Positions 55,958-64,000 of a stretch of 64,000 bases of DNA are shown here, one piece after another. The first letter of the stretch is position 1. Every line of letters starts with the position of its first letter. This stretch comes from Clostridia bacterium. Its GTDB lineage: Bacteria > Bacillota > Clostridia > Christensenellales > Aristaeellaceae. Under the pieces are notes generated by a model. The model made no database searches. It had not been told where the DNA came from and saw nothing but the letters and a program-made list of their open reading frames with translations. The DNA lies in the NCBI GenBank assembly GCA_017524725.1, contig JAFXUZ010000029.1, positions 41,672-105,671 of the forward strand. The letters are read 5' to 3'. The translations under genes were made by a program, and so were the position numbers.

Positions 55958-57565
55958 ATGAAAAAACCGGTAGTTCTGGTCGTCATGGACGGCGTCGGCG
56001 AGACCCCGAATGAACTTGGGAACATGGTCATGAAGGCCACCACCCCCACCCTGGACATGCTCAAGGCGGAATATCCCTTCCGTACCATCAAAGCGCACGG
56101 CACGGCGGTGGGCCTGCCTTCCGACGACGACATGGGCAACAGCGAAGTGGGACACAATGCCCTGGGCTGCGGGCAGGTCTATTCCCAGGGCGCGCAGCTG
56201 GTCAACGAATCCATCGAATCCGGCGCGATCTACCAGAGCGAGACCTGGAAGGACCTGGTCTCGTCCGTCGTTGAGAAGGGCACCGCCCTGCATTTCATCG
56301 GCCTTCTCTCTGACGGCAACGTTCATTCCAACATCTCCCACCTGATCGCCATGATCCGCGAGGCGAAGAAGGAAGGCGTAAAGAAAGTCCGCGTCCATGC
56401 GCTGCTGGACGGCCGCGACGTGCCCGCCACCTCCGCGCCGGAATACATCGCCAAACTGGAAGCTGTTTTCGCGGAACTGAACGACGCCTCCTTTGACGGC
56501 AGGATCGCCTCCGGCGGCGGCCGCATGCAGATCACCATGGACCGCTACCAGGCCAACTGGGCGATGGTCAAGGCCGGCTGGGACGTGCACGTCCATGGCA
56601 TCGGCCCGGACTGCAAGATCGGCGGGGAAGGCCGTTTCTTCGGCAGCGCGCTTGAGGCTGTCGAGACCCTGCGCGCTGAGACCGGCGCCATCGACCAGGA
56701 CCTGCCCGCCTTCGTCATCGGCGAAAACGGCAAGCCCGTCGGCGCGATGCAGGACGGCGACAGCGTCATCCTGTACAACTTCCGCGGCGACCGTGCCCTG
56801 GAGATCTCCATGGCATTCGACGGCGATGCGTCCTTCGACAAATTCGACCGCGGCGTGATCCCTCAGGTCAAATACGCCGGCATGCTGGAATACGACGGCG
56901 ACCTGCACATCCCCCACAAGTACCTGGTAAACCCGCCGCAGATCCGCAATACCCTCACCGAGCTCCTGGTAGCCAACGGCATCAGGGAGTACGCCGTGTC
57001 CGAGACCCAGAAGTACGGTCACGTGACTTATTTCTGGAACGGCAACCGTTCCGGCAAGGTCAGCGAGGAACTGGAGGATTACTGCGAGATCCCCAGCGAC
57101 GTCCGCTCCTTTGACGAGTGCCCCTGGATGAAGGCCACCGAGATCACGGACAAGGTGATCGAAGCCATCGAAAGCAAAAAATACGGCTTCATCCGCTGCA
57201 ACTATCCCAACGGCGACATGGTTGGCCATACCGGCAGCCTGCCGGCCACCGAGATCGCCGTGGAAAGCGTTGATTTGCAATTGGCCCGCGTCCTCAAATG
57301 CTGCCAGGAGAACGACTGCATCCTGCTGGTCACCGCCGACCACGGAAACTCCGACCAGATGCTGGAGAAGAACAAGAAGGGCGGCGTCCAGGTGCGCACC
57401 GCCCACAGCCTGAATCCCGTTCCCTTTATCATCTGGGACAAGGACGAGCGGCACGAGATGGACACCGAAAAGCCCTTCGGTCTTGCCAACGTGGCCCCCA
57501 CCGTGGCCGAACTCCTGGGTGTCAAACCCTATGACTGCTGGGAAGAGAGCATGATCAGGCACTGA
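55958..57565 (+). CDS. gpmI: 2,3-bisphosphoglycerate-independent phosphoglycerate mutase
   Basis: MKKPVVLVVMDGVGE, GNSEVGHNALG and TADHGN motifs. 535 aa. TTGACA-17-TATCTT candidate promoter at 55883-55911. Confidence 0.88.
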   Translation: MKKPVVLVVMDGVGETPNELGNMVMKATTPTLDMLKAEYPFRTIKAHGTAVGLPSDDDMGNSEVGHNALGCGQVYSQGAQLVNESIESGAIYQSETWKDLVSSVVEKGTALHFIGLLSDGNVHSNISHLIAMIREAKKEGVKKVRVHALLDGRDVPATSAPEYIAKLEAVFAELNDASFDGRIASGGGRMQITMDRYQANWAMVKAGWDVHVHGIGPDCKIGGEGRFFGSALEAVETLRAETGAIDQDLPAFVIGENGKPVGAMQDGDSVILYNFRGDRALEISMAFDGDASFDKFDRGVIPQVKYAGMLEYDGDLHIPHKYLVNPPQIRNTLTELLVANGIREYAVSETQKYGHVTYFWNGNRSGKVSEELEDYCEIPSDVRSFDECPWMKATEITDKVIEAIESKKYGFIRCNYPNGDMVGHTGSLPATEIAVESVDLQLARVLKCCQENDCILLVTADHGNSDQMLEKNKKGGVQVRTAHSLNPVPFIIWDKDERHEMDTEKPFGLANVAPTVAELLGVKPYDCWEESMIRH

Positions 57566-57583
57566 TCCCCAAGACGATCTTTG

Positions 57584-57611
57584 GGCCCCGTCGACGCGGG
57601 GCCTGTTTTTT
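57584..57611 (+). terminator. Rho-independent terminator after gpmI
   Basis: GGCCCCG-tcgacg-CGGGGCC followed by TGTTTTTT. Confidence 0.75.
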
Positions 57612-57773
57612 ATCGCAGAAAGAGACGCCGGGGGCCTGTTCAGCCCCCGGACCCCTGAACCAGGGAGATGATCTCCCTGGACCCGCAATCTGTTTGGCGC
57701 ATGCGTCCGCCTCCTGACAGGCGGGTATTGTCAGAGGCGCTGCATGCAGGGGCCGCGAAGGCCCCGGCTTCGT

Positions 57774-59570
57774 TTATAAAAGCTTCATCAGCCGGTCGTA
57801 TTTGTCGCGGTAGTCCTCCTCGCCTATGATGCCGAGGGAGCGCATCCGGGTGAGGGAATTGATCATGGATACGATCTGGGCGGGAGAGGGGGGCGCGCCT
57901 TCGGGGATCTCCTCCTCCCGCGGAACGGTAGCGGGCGCGGGGCTTTCAAATGGAACGGGCCGGGTGGAGGGACGTGAATAAACGGAAGGGTCTGCGGGCT
58001 CGGACGGCGCTGCCGCGGGAGCAGGCGCTTCCTCGGCAGCCAGGGTGAGGGAGGGGACGGGGGTCTCGTGAGGCTCCCGTGAAAGGACGAACTGCCGGGT
58101 GTAGTTGGAACGGGCGGGAACGGCCGTCAGGATGGGCGTTTCGGCTTTGGGCGCGGCGGACCGCACCTCGGGGGCGCCCTGTCCCACGGGGGAAGCGGCG
58201 GGAAGCGCCGACGTGGCGCCGGCACGGCCCTTATCGTTCCAGCCCTGGGAAAGGACCACCCGGTCTCTTTCCGAGGCAGCCTTCTTCCTGTCCGCGGGCC
58301 ATACGAAGACGGAAAGGAGCAGGGCGCAAAGGACGTACATCAGCAGGGGGAAGACCAGCAGGCGGGCGTTTGCCGCGGCAGGCAGGCTGCCGGGAGCGCT
58401 GAGGCCCAGCACCTGGGGAAGGACGGAGGAGTATCCCCGGGCGGCGGCAAGGCACGCGCAGGCCAGGGCGCCCCGCAGTGAGGCGGCTGTGCCCCGGGCC
58501 GAGAGCGCGGCAAGGCACAGGAGCAGGGAAAGCGGCAGGGGCGAGAAGGCGGCGAAAAAGCCGGAGGTCACCGCGGGAGAAAGGGAAGCCTGTTCCGCCA
58601 AGGCGCATTTGGCGGCGGAGAAGGCTGACAGCATGACCAGCGCCAGGCACAGGACGGCAGTCACCGCTTTGCCCCGCGGCCGCGAAAGCAATATGGCCGC
58701 GGAAACGGCCAGCGACAGCCCGAAGGCCAGGGCTGCGGCGCCAAGCCCGGCGGAAAAGGCCGGGCCGGAGAAAGCGGAGGAAAGGCTTGAGAATGCCGGG
58801 AACAGGCAAAAGCAGGCGGCGGCGAGCGCTGTCAAAGCGCAGCCCAGGGCGCCCGCGGCTCCGCCGCGGAACGAGGGGGAGCCCGTGTCCGCCCGGGACA
58901 GGAACACCGCGGGGATAAGGCACAGCAGGCATTCAAGCAGGATCCTGAGGGAGGAGACCTGGGCGGAGGAGGTATAAAACCCGCTCTGGAACAGGCTGAC
59001 CGCCCGGGCGTCCAGGGTCATGAACCCGGAACCCGCGGCCAGGACGGGGTCCAGGTCCGCGCTGAAAGCGAAGACCGCGCCGGCGGCCAGCGGGAGGAGG
59101 GCTGCCGTTTTTTTCATTTTATCGGGGAATGCCGAGGCGCAGAAAAGGCTGAGGAATAGGACGGGAAGCGCCATGACCGCGCCGCACCTGAGGATGGGGG
59201 AGGGGATCAGGTTAAAGGGAGCGGAGGCCAAAAGCAATTGCGGGGGCAGGAAAGCGGGGACAGCGAAAAGGGTGGCGGCCACCCCCCCGGCCCAGGCGGG
59301 AAGGCGCCTGAAAAGCATGCCCAAAAGAAAGCCCAGTCCGCATCCCACCGCCAGGGAAAGGAGGCGCAAAAGGAGGGAGTGAAACAGGTCCTGGAGGAAT
59401 ACGGTCTCGGTCAGGCGGTCAAAAAAGCCGCCGAGGTTCGCCTGCCCCGTAAAGTCGCGCATTTCGGGGCTGTATTCCACCGCTCCCATCCACAGGGTGA
59501 AGCCGAAAAGGATCAGGGCGGGGACAAGCAGGACGGCGACGGGGATCCAGGGAGTCATGCGTCGATTCAT
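57774..59570 (-). CDS. Polytopic membrane protein with Pro/Ala-rich linker and C-terminal SHOCT-like domain
   Basis: Trimmed to MNRRMTPWIPVAVLLVPALILFG (GGAGG RBS). About 12 hydrophobic segments, then a low-complexity P/A-rich region. The C-terminus QIVSMINSLTRMRSLGIIGEEDYRDKYDRLMKLL matches the SHOCT pattern. Confidence 0.55.
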   Translation of the reverse strand: MNRRMTPWIPVAVLLVPALILFGFTLWMGAVEYSPEMRDFTGQANLGGFFDRLTETVFLQDLFHSLLLRLLSLAVGCGLGFLLGMLFRRLPAWAGGVAATLFAVPAFLPPQLLLASAPFNLIPSPILRCGAVMALPVLFLSLFCASAFPDKMKKTAALLPLAAGAVFAFSADLDPVLAAGSGFMTLDARAVSLFQSGFYTSSAQVSSLRILLECLLCLIPAVFLSRADTGSPSFRGGAAGALGCALTALAAACFCLFPAFSSLSSAFSGPAFSAGLGAAALAFGLSLAVSAAILLSRPRGKAVTAVLCLALVMLSAFSAAKCALAEQASLSPAVTSGFFAAFSPLPLSLLLCLAALSARGTAASLRGALACACLAAARGYSSVLPQVLGLSAPGSLPAAANARLLVFPLLMYVLCALLLSVFVWPADRKKAASERDRVVLSQGWNDKGRAGATSALPAASPVGQGAPEVRSAAPKAETPILTAVPARSNYTRQFVLSREPHETPVPSLTLAAEEAPAPAAAPSEPADPSVYSRPSTRPVPFESPAPATVPREEEIPEGAPPSPAQIVSMINSLTRMRSLGIIGEEDYRDKYDRLMKLL

Positions 59571-59936
59571 GGGGAACCTCCTTCGGGTCGGAGCCCGGGG
59601 GCGGGACGGAGCCCCGCTTCCGGTTTCGATGGGATTCGCACTGTCTATTGTAAAGCAGTTTTCCGCTCCTGTCATCTGTTTTCTTCCTCCCGTGGCAGGC
59701 CGAGCCTGCCGATCCGGTCCGGGGCGGATTGTTCAAACAGTGTTTTTGCCGTTTCCGACGTTGCCGGTGATAACGGAGATGATATAATCGATCATATACA
59801 CGAAATCTTTTCCCTGCCTGACCGCCGTTTGTGTTTCTGTCCCGAACAGGTACATATTATTATGCCCGGCAGGAGGCGCATGTAAAGACAGACAACATCC
59901 AGAAAGGAGCGGAACAATGAGAAGGAACGGATTGAA

Positions 59937-60539
59937 ATGTCGGATGAGGATTTCCTGCGGGCCCTGTATGCCGCTCCCCTGGTTTACGCACCCGGCACCG
60001 ACTCAGACTACAGCAACACAAATTACCATCTCCTGGCCATGATCGTCGAACGGGTATCGGGGATGAAATTCAATGAATATCTGCAGAGGCACATCTTCGA
60101 TCCCTGCGGCATGGAACATACTTCGTCCATGGCGATCGGGGACGAGACCAGCGTTCCCGGGTACTTCGATGATCTTTTCAGCCTGGGGATCGTCAATGAA
60201 AACGGTTACTCCCCGCAGCCGAACACGGAGCGCGGAGCAGGCGGGATCCATACCTGCGTCGCGGATCTGTGGGCTTTCGACAGGGCGCTGATGTCCGGAC
60301 AGCTGGTCAGCGGCGATTCCCTGGAAGAAATGACGCATTTTGAAATGGACTACGGATGCGGACTGTATCCCTACGGAAAGAGGGCATACGGGCATTCGGG
60401 GAGGAACGGTACCTATACTACCGAGAACGTCATCATTGAATCGGAACAGTATGGAAGGCTTTACTTTATCGCTTCCACATCGACGGACGCGGGGATCTAC
60501 GGGCTCGGCGCCCTGACAAAGCTGATCGGCGGCATCTGA
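59937..60539 (+). pseudogene. C-terminal fragment of a serine hydrolase (beta-lactamase/PBP-like), lacking the SxxK N-terminal half
   Basis: The 200-aa ORF begins just before the YxN motif (GTDSDYSNTNYHLLAMIVERVSG) and carries the HSG(R) box region. No upstream ORF supplies the SxxK nucleophile. The local sequence looks less GC-rich than its neighbours. Confidence 0.45.
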
Positions 60540-60679
60540 ATCCGGGATTTCAGCGGAACGGGAACGCCTGCGCGATCCGTTTCACAAGTTCCGTCGATGT
60601 TACTCTGCAAGACCGAAAACACAGGTACGGTCATGTGAAGAAGCAAACCGTGCGCGGCAGGCTTCGGACCGTCCAAAGA

Positions 60680-60715
60680 AACCCCCCTGTTCTCATGCGC
60701 GAGAGCAGGGGGTTT
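60680..60715 (-). terminator. Rho-independent terminator after the STAS gene
   Basis: On the minus strand, AACCCCCTG-16 nt-CAGGGGGGTT followed by TCTTTGG. Confidence 0.55.
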
Positions 60716-60725
60716 GACGGCTTCG

Positions 60726-61034
60726 TCATTCAATGTGGAGGAAGGACGTGAAGCCGGTCACTTCGAAAACGTCCATGATCTCGCCGGAGACGCCGCGCAC
60801 GGTCAGGCTGCCGCCGATTTCTTCCATTTCCTGATGGATGTCCAGCAGCACGCGCATACCGGATGAGGTGATGTAGACGAGCTTTTCCATGTCGATGACG
60901 ATCTCGTTCATCCCGCCTTTGTTCTGCTCATAGGCCGCTTCAAATCGCGGCGCCGCCGGGGTATTCAGTTCCCCGTCCAGCACGATGGTCAGCCTGGCGC
61001 CTTCGGCCCTGACTTCGATATCCATTCCGGTCAT
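60726..61034 (-). CDS. STAS domain protein (anti-sigma-factor antagonist-like)
   Basis: MTGMDIEVRAEGARLTIVLDGELNTPAAPRFE...VYITSSGMRVLL...LTVRGVSGEIMDVFEVTGF is the SpoIIAA-like STAS pattern with the conserved Ser in ITSSG. Starts 27 nt after the upstream ABC gene stop. Confidence 0.7.
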   Translation of the reverse strand: MTGMDIEVRAEGARLTIVLDGELNTPAAPRFEAAYEQNKGGMNEIVIDMEKLVYITSSGMRVLLDIHQEMEEIGGSLTVRGVSGEIMDVFEVTGFTSFLHIE

Positions 61035-61060
61035 CCGTCCTTTCCGATGTGTTTTCCGTG

Positions 61061-63244
61061 TCACTTATCCAAACGCTGTCTCTCCACCAGGTCCGCGAAG
61101 AAGCCCCCCTGTTCGATCAGCTGGTCATAGGTGCCGTCTTCGATGATCCTGCCTTCGTCCAGCACCAGGATCCGGTCGCAGTTGCGGATGGTGCTGAGCC
61201 GGTGGGCGACCACGATGCGGGTGCACTTCAATCCGTCCAGCGCCTCGGACACCTGCTTCTGGGTCTTGTTGTCGAGTGCGCTGGTCGCTTCGTCGAAGAT
61301 CAGGATCTTTGGCTTGGGGGCGATGGCCCGGGCGATCATCAGGCGCTGTTTCTGTCCGCCCGATATGCCGCCCTGCCCCTCGGAAATGAGGGTCTGCATC
61401 CCCATGGGCATTTCCCGGATGTCATCGGCGATCCCCGCCACCTCTGCGGCTTCCCAGGCTTCGTTCAGCGTCAGCTGGGGTGCGGAGATGACGATGTTGG
61501 AAAAGATATCCCCCTGGAACAGCTGGCCGTTCTGGGTCACGACCCCCATTTTTTTGCGCAGGGATCTGGGATCGATGCGGTTCAGGTCTTTGCCGTCGAA
61601 ATAGACCGCACCCTTTTCCGGCTTTTCAAACCCAAGGAGCAGGCGGATCAGCGTCGATTTTCCGCAGCCCGTGCGTCCCACGATGGCGATGTATTCGCCC
61701 GCCCGGATCTTCAGGCTCAGGTCGTTCAGGATGTAGGGGCTGTCCTCGTCGTAGCGGAAGGAGACGTGGTTCATCTCGATCGCGCCGGAGATCCGGGAGA
61801 CGGCTTCCTTGCTTTCGGTCACTTCGGGTTCGGTTTTCAATATGGGCTCCGCCATTTCCAGCACGGGCCTGAAGGACGCCGCGGACGAGGCGATCGCCGC
61901 CATGGAAGCGAACGCGCCGGCCACATGCCCGTAAGCGGCGGTAAAGGCATAGTAATTGGATTGATCCACGCCGCTTCGGACCGCGAGATAATACAGCACG
62001 ATATTGCCGATGAGGGATATGGCGGAAAGGAACACGCCGTTCAGCTTCAGGACCGTCGGGGGGTTATACTTTAACGCGGCCCCCTGGGCGTACAGATCCG
62101 CCCAGCGGGCGAAAGCCCGTTTTTCCGCCCCTGCCAGACGGATCTTCTGGATGCCGCTGACCGTGGCGTAGGTGAGGCCCGCTTCTTTGGCGGAGAGATT
62201 CATCATCCTCCGCGACAGTTGGATGCGCATCAGGGAGTTTGCGAGGCCCAGGCCCACGGTGGCCAGGATGATGACGATGGAGGGCCACACCAGCAGGGGG
62301 GCGAAGCGGAAGATCTGGGTGATATAAAGCAGGGAGATGAGCGAGGTCAGGCCGGCGGACAGGATCTGGTTGAGCAGCATGTCGCACAGGGAATTGACGG
62401 AACCGACCCGGCTGGACAGTTCGCCGGAGGCGTATTTTCTGAAAAAGCTGACGGGCAGGGACAGCACCCGCATCATCACCGATGCTTCCACCTGCATGGA
62501 AGTCTTGGTGGATAGGCGGCTCATCAGCAGCCGTTTCACGACGCCCAGGAGCTGGGCCGAGAGCGCCGAAGCGAGCAGGAACACGGCCATGCTGACGAGC
62601 AGGGAAATGTTCCCGGTTTTAACCACCGTGCCGGTGATGGTCTGGTAGACCCGCGGCTCGATCATACCGACGAGGGTAAAGGCCAGCGTCGCGAGACCGA
62701 TAAGGACAAAATCGCCGGCGGAGAGGCAATTTTTCATGTAGAGCAGAAGGTCCGGGATGCCGAGCTTCTTCTGCGGGAGAGGCTTGTAGAAGCAGAAGGC
62801 TTCCTGCCCGAAACGGGACGCGGTCCTGCGGTTGATCGTCACGGAGCGGCCGGTGGCCGGGTCTTTGTACCAGTATCCGACGACCGGCTTGGGGAGGAGG
62901 GCTATCGCGGCGCCGGTGTCTTTCATAAAACCCAGCATGGGCCCGAAAGCGTCCCTGTACCAGCCGTCCTCCAGCTTCACGGAACGGGTCATGATGCCCA
63001 GGGGACGCAGTACATACTCCATCTGCTCGTCGGCGGTCCTGACGCTGTCGGGTACTTCCGCGGCCTTGCAGTGATAGTATTTCAGGATCTCATCCAGCGC
63101 TTCCTTTTCGATCAGGCGGCTATCCCGCATCTGCTGCGCCGTCTTTCCGCCCAGCACCGCCCCGGCGACCCGGAAGAAGGACTCTTCAAACGCATCCTGG
63201 TTGCTCTGCATCCTTTGGCGGATCTGTTTGTCGAACCATTTCAC
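61061..63244 (-). CDS. ABC exporter permease/ATPase with ~150-aa non-catalytic N-terminal domain (bacteriocin/NHLP-type exporter-like)
   Basis: 727 aa. N-terminal soluble domain without an obvious catalytic Cys motif, six-TM exporter core, Walker A GRTGCGKST, signature ISGGQKQR, Walker [13 protein letters not shown]. Confidence 0.8.
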   Translation of the reverse strand: MKWFDKQIRQRMQSNQDAFEESFFRVAGAVLGGKTAQQMRDSRLIEKEALDEILKYYHCKAAEVPDSVRTADEQMEYVLRPLGIMTRSVKLEDGWYRDAFGPMLGFMKDTGAAIALLPKPVVGYWYKDPATGRSVTINRRTASRFGQEAFCFYKPLPQKKLGIPDLLLYMKNCLSAGDFVLIGLATLAFTLVGMIEPRVYQTITGTVVKTGNISLLVSMAVFLLASALSAQLLGVVKRLLMSRLSTKTSMQVEASVMMRVLSLPVSFFRKYASGELSSRVGSVNSLCDMLLNQILSAGLTSLISLLYITQIFRFAPLLVWPSIVIILATVGLGLANSLMRIQLSRRMMNLSAKEAGLTYATVSGIQKIRLAGAEKRAFARWADLYAQGAALKYNPPTVLKLNGVFLSAISLIGNIVLYYLAVRSGVDQSNYYAFTAAYGHVAGAFASMAAIASSAASFRPVLEMAEPILKTEPEVTESKEAVSRISGAIEMNHVSFRYDEDSPYILNDLSLKIRAGEYIAIVGRTGCGKSTLIRLLLGFEKPEKGAVYFDGKDLNRIDPRSLRKKMGVVTQNGQLFQGDIFSNIVISAPQLTLNEAWEAAEVAGIADDIREMPMGMQTLISEGQGGISGGQKQRLMIARAIAPKPKILIFDEATSALDNKTQKQVSEALDGLKCTRIVVAHRLSTIRNCDRILVLDEGRIIEDGTYDQLIEQGGFFADLVERQRLDK

Positions 63245-63261
63245 TGCGTTTTCCCTCCCTT

Positions 63262-64000
63262 CTATTCGGCCGTGATCAGCTCGGCGTAATAGCCGCCTTT
63301 TGCGTACAGCTCCTCATGGGTGCCCCGTTCGACCACAAGGCCCTTGTCCATAACGATGATCTCGTCGCAGTCGCGGATGGTGGAGAGACGGTGGGCGATG
63401 ATGATGCAGGTGATGCCCCGGCGCCGGATGGCGCGCACCACGTCGTATTCCGTGCGGGCGTCCAGGGCGCTGGTGGCTTCGTCCAGGATGATGACGGACG
63501 GATCCTGGGCGAGCACACGGGCGATCTCCAGGCGCTGGCGCTGTCCGCCGGACAGATCCTTTCCGTTTTCCGTCAGCATGCCGTCATAACCGCCGGGGCG
63601 GTTCAGGATGTCGTCGTGGATCTGGGCGTCGCGCGCCGCCATGATGACTTCGAAGTCGCGAATGGATTCGTCCCACATCTTGATGTTGTTCGAGATCGTG
63701 TCTTCAAACAGGGTGATGTCCTGGTCCACCACGGCCACGGAGCCGGTGAACACGCCCCGCGGGATCTCCGATATCGGCTTGCCGTCAAACAGGATCTCCC
63801 CGCTCCAGGGCTGGTACAGGCCGGAGATCAGCCTGGACAGCGTGCTCTTGCCGCATCCGCTTTCGCCAACGAAAGCGATCCGGCTGCCTGGCTTCAGGGT
63901 CATGGAAAAATCACGGATAAGCGGCGGCGACAGGCGTGAATAACCGAAGGTGACGTGCCTGAGCTCCACCTCTCCGGTCAGCTTGGAATAGTCCATGTCC
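63262..64000 (-). CDS. ABC exporter ATPase domain (3' part; gene continues beyond the right edge)
   Basis: Walker [10 protein letters not shown], signature LSGGQRQR, Walker [13 protein letters not shown], and an H-loop [10 protein letters not shown]. The ORF is open to the window edge, and the ATG at 63996 is probably internal. Confidence 0.85.
   Translation of the reverse strand, partial: DMDYSKLTGEVELRHVTFGYSRLSPPLIRDFSMTLKPGSRIAFVGESGCGKSTLSRLISGLYQPWSGEILFDGKPISEIPRGVFTGSVAVVDQDITLFEDTISNNIKMWDESIRDFEVIMAARDAQIHDDILNRPGGYDGMLTENGKDLSGGQRQRLEIARVLAQDPSVIILDEATSALDARTEYDVVRAIRRRGITCIIIAHRLSTIRDCDEIIVMDKGLVVERGTHEELYAKGGYYAELITAE

Noticed and set aside
1-64000. Search for mobile elements, prophage, integrons or defence islands
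   Set aside because: No transposase, integrase, recombinase, reverse transcriptase, Cas, toxin-antitoxin or restriction nuclease signatures were recognisable in any listed ORF. tRNA-flanking direct repeats suggestive of an integrated island were not seen.

Overview
GC-rich (judged by eye, not computed) chromosomal segment with Firmicutes/Clostridia hallmarks: a yybS-like/rplI/dnaB cluster, AddA, a T-box leader, the ECF energizing module, PFOR and type III glutamine synthetase. I call about 50 protein genes on both strands and two tRNAs (Gln-CUG, Glu-CUC) behind a consensus promoter. I found no rRNA, CRISPR array, transposase, integrase or phage gene. Many long ORFs in the supplied track are antisense shadow ORFs or 5' over-extensions typical of GC-rich DNA, and I trimmed or rejected them. 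Most content is housekeeping: rplI, dnaB, yhaM-like, PBP1A, leuS, cca, truA, prmA, addA, pepF, glnN, nifJ, ecfA1A2T and gpmI. Accessory-looking content includes BspA-type LRR surface proteins, a secreted LRR-BMP-FN3-caspase fusion with a small secreted partner, and an internally duplicated secreted tyrosine-phosphatase-like protein. It also includes an orphan DNA methyltransferase coupled to a CxxCxxCC protein, a bacteriocin-type ABC exporter pair followed by a lone STAS protein, and an FRG-domain gene at the left edge. I could not identify a clear multi-gene defence or mobile system. The features that gene calls do not explain are non-coding. First, a ~150-nt multi-hairpin element occurs in two copies with compensatory base changes (10160-10310 and 17404-17550). 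Second, an inverted pair of heptanucleotide (GTGRAGA) tandem arrays flanks a terminator between the methyltransferase and a panE-like gene (25571-25935). Third, a Leu-specific T-box leader is separated from leuS by an esterase gene. All functional calls rest on motif recognition by eye and need HMM/BLAST confirmation.
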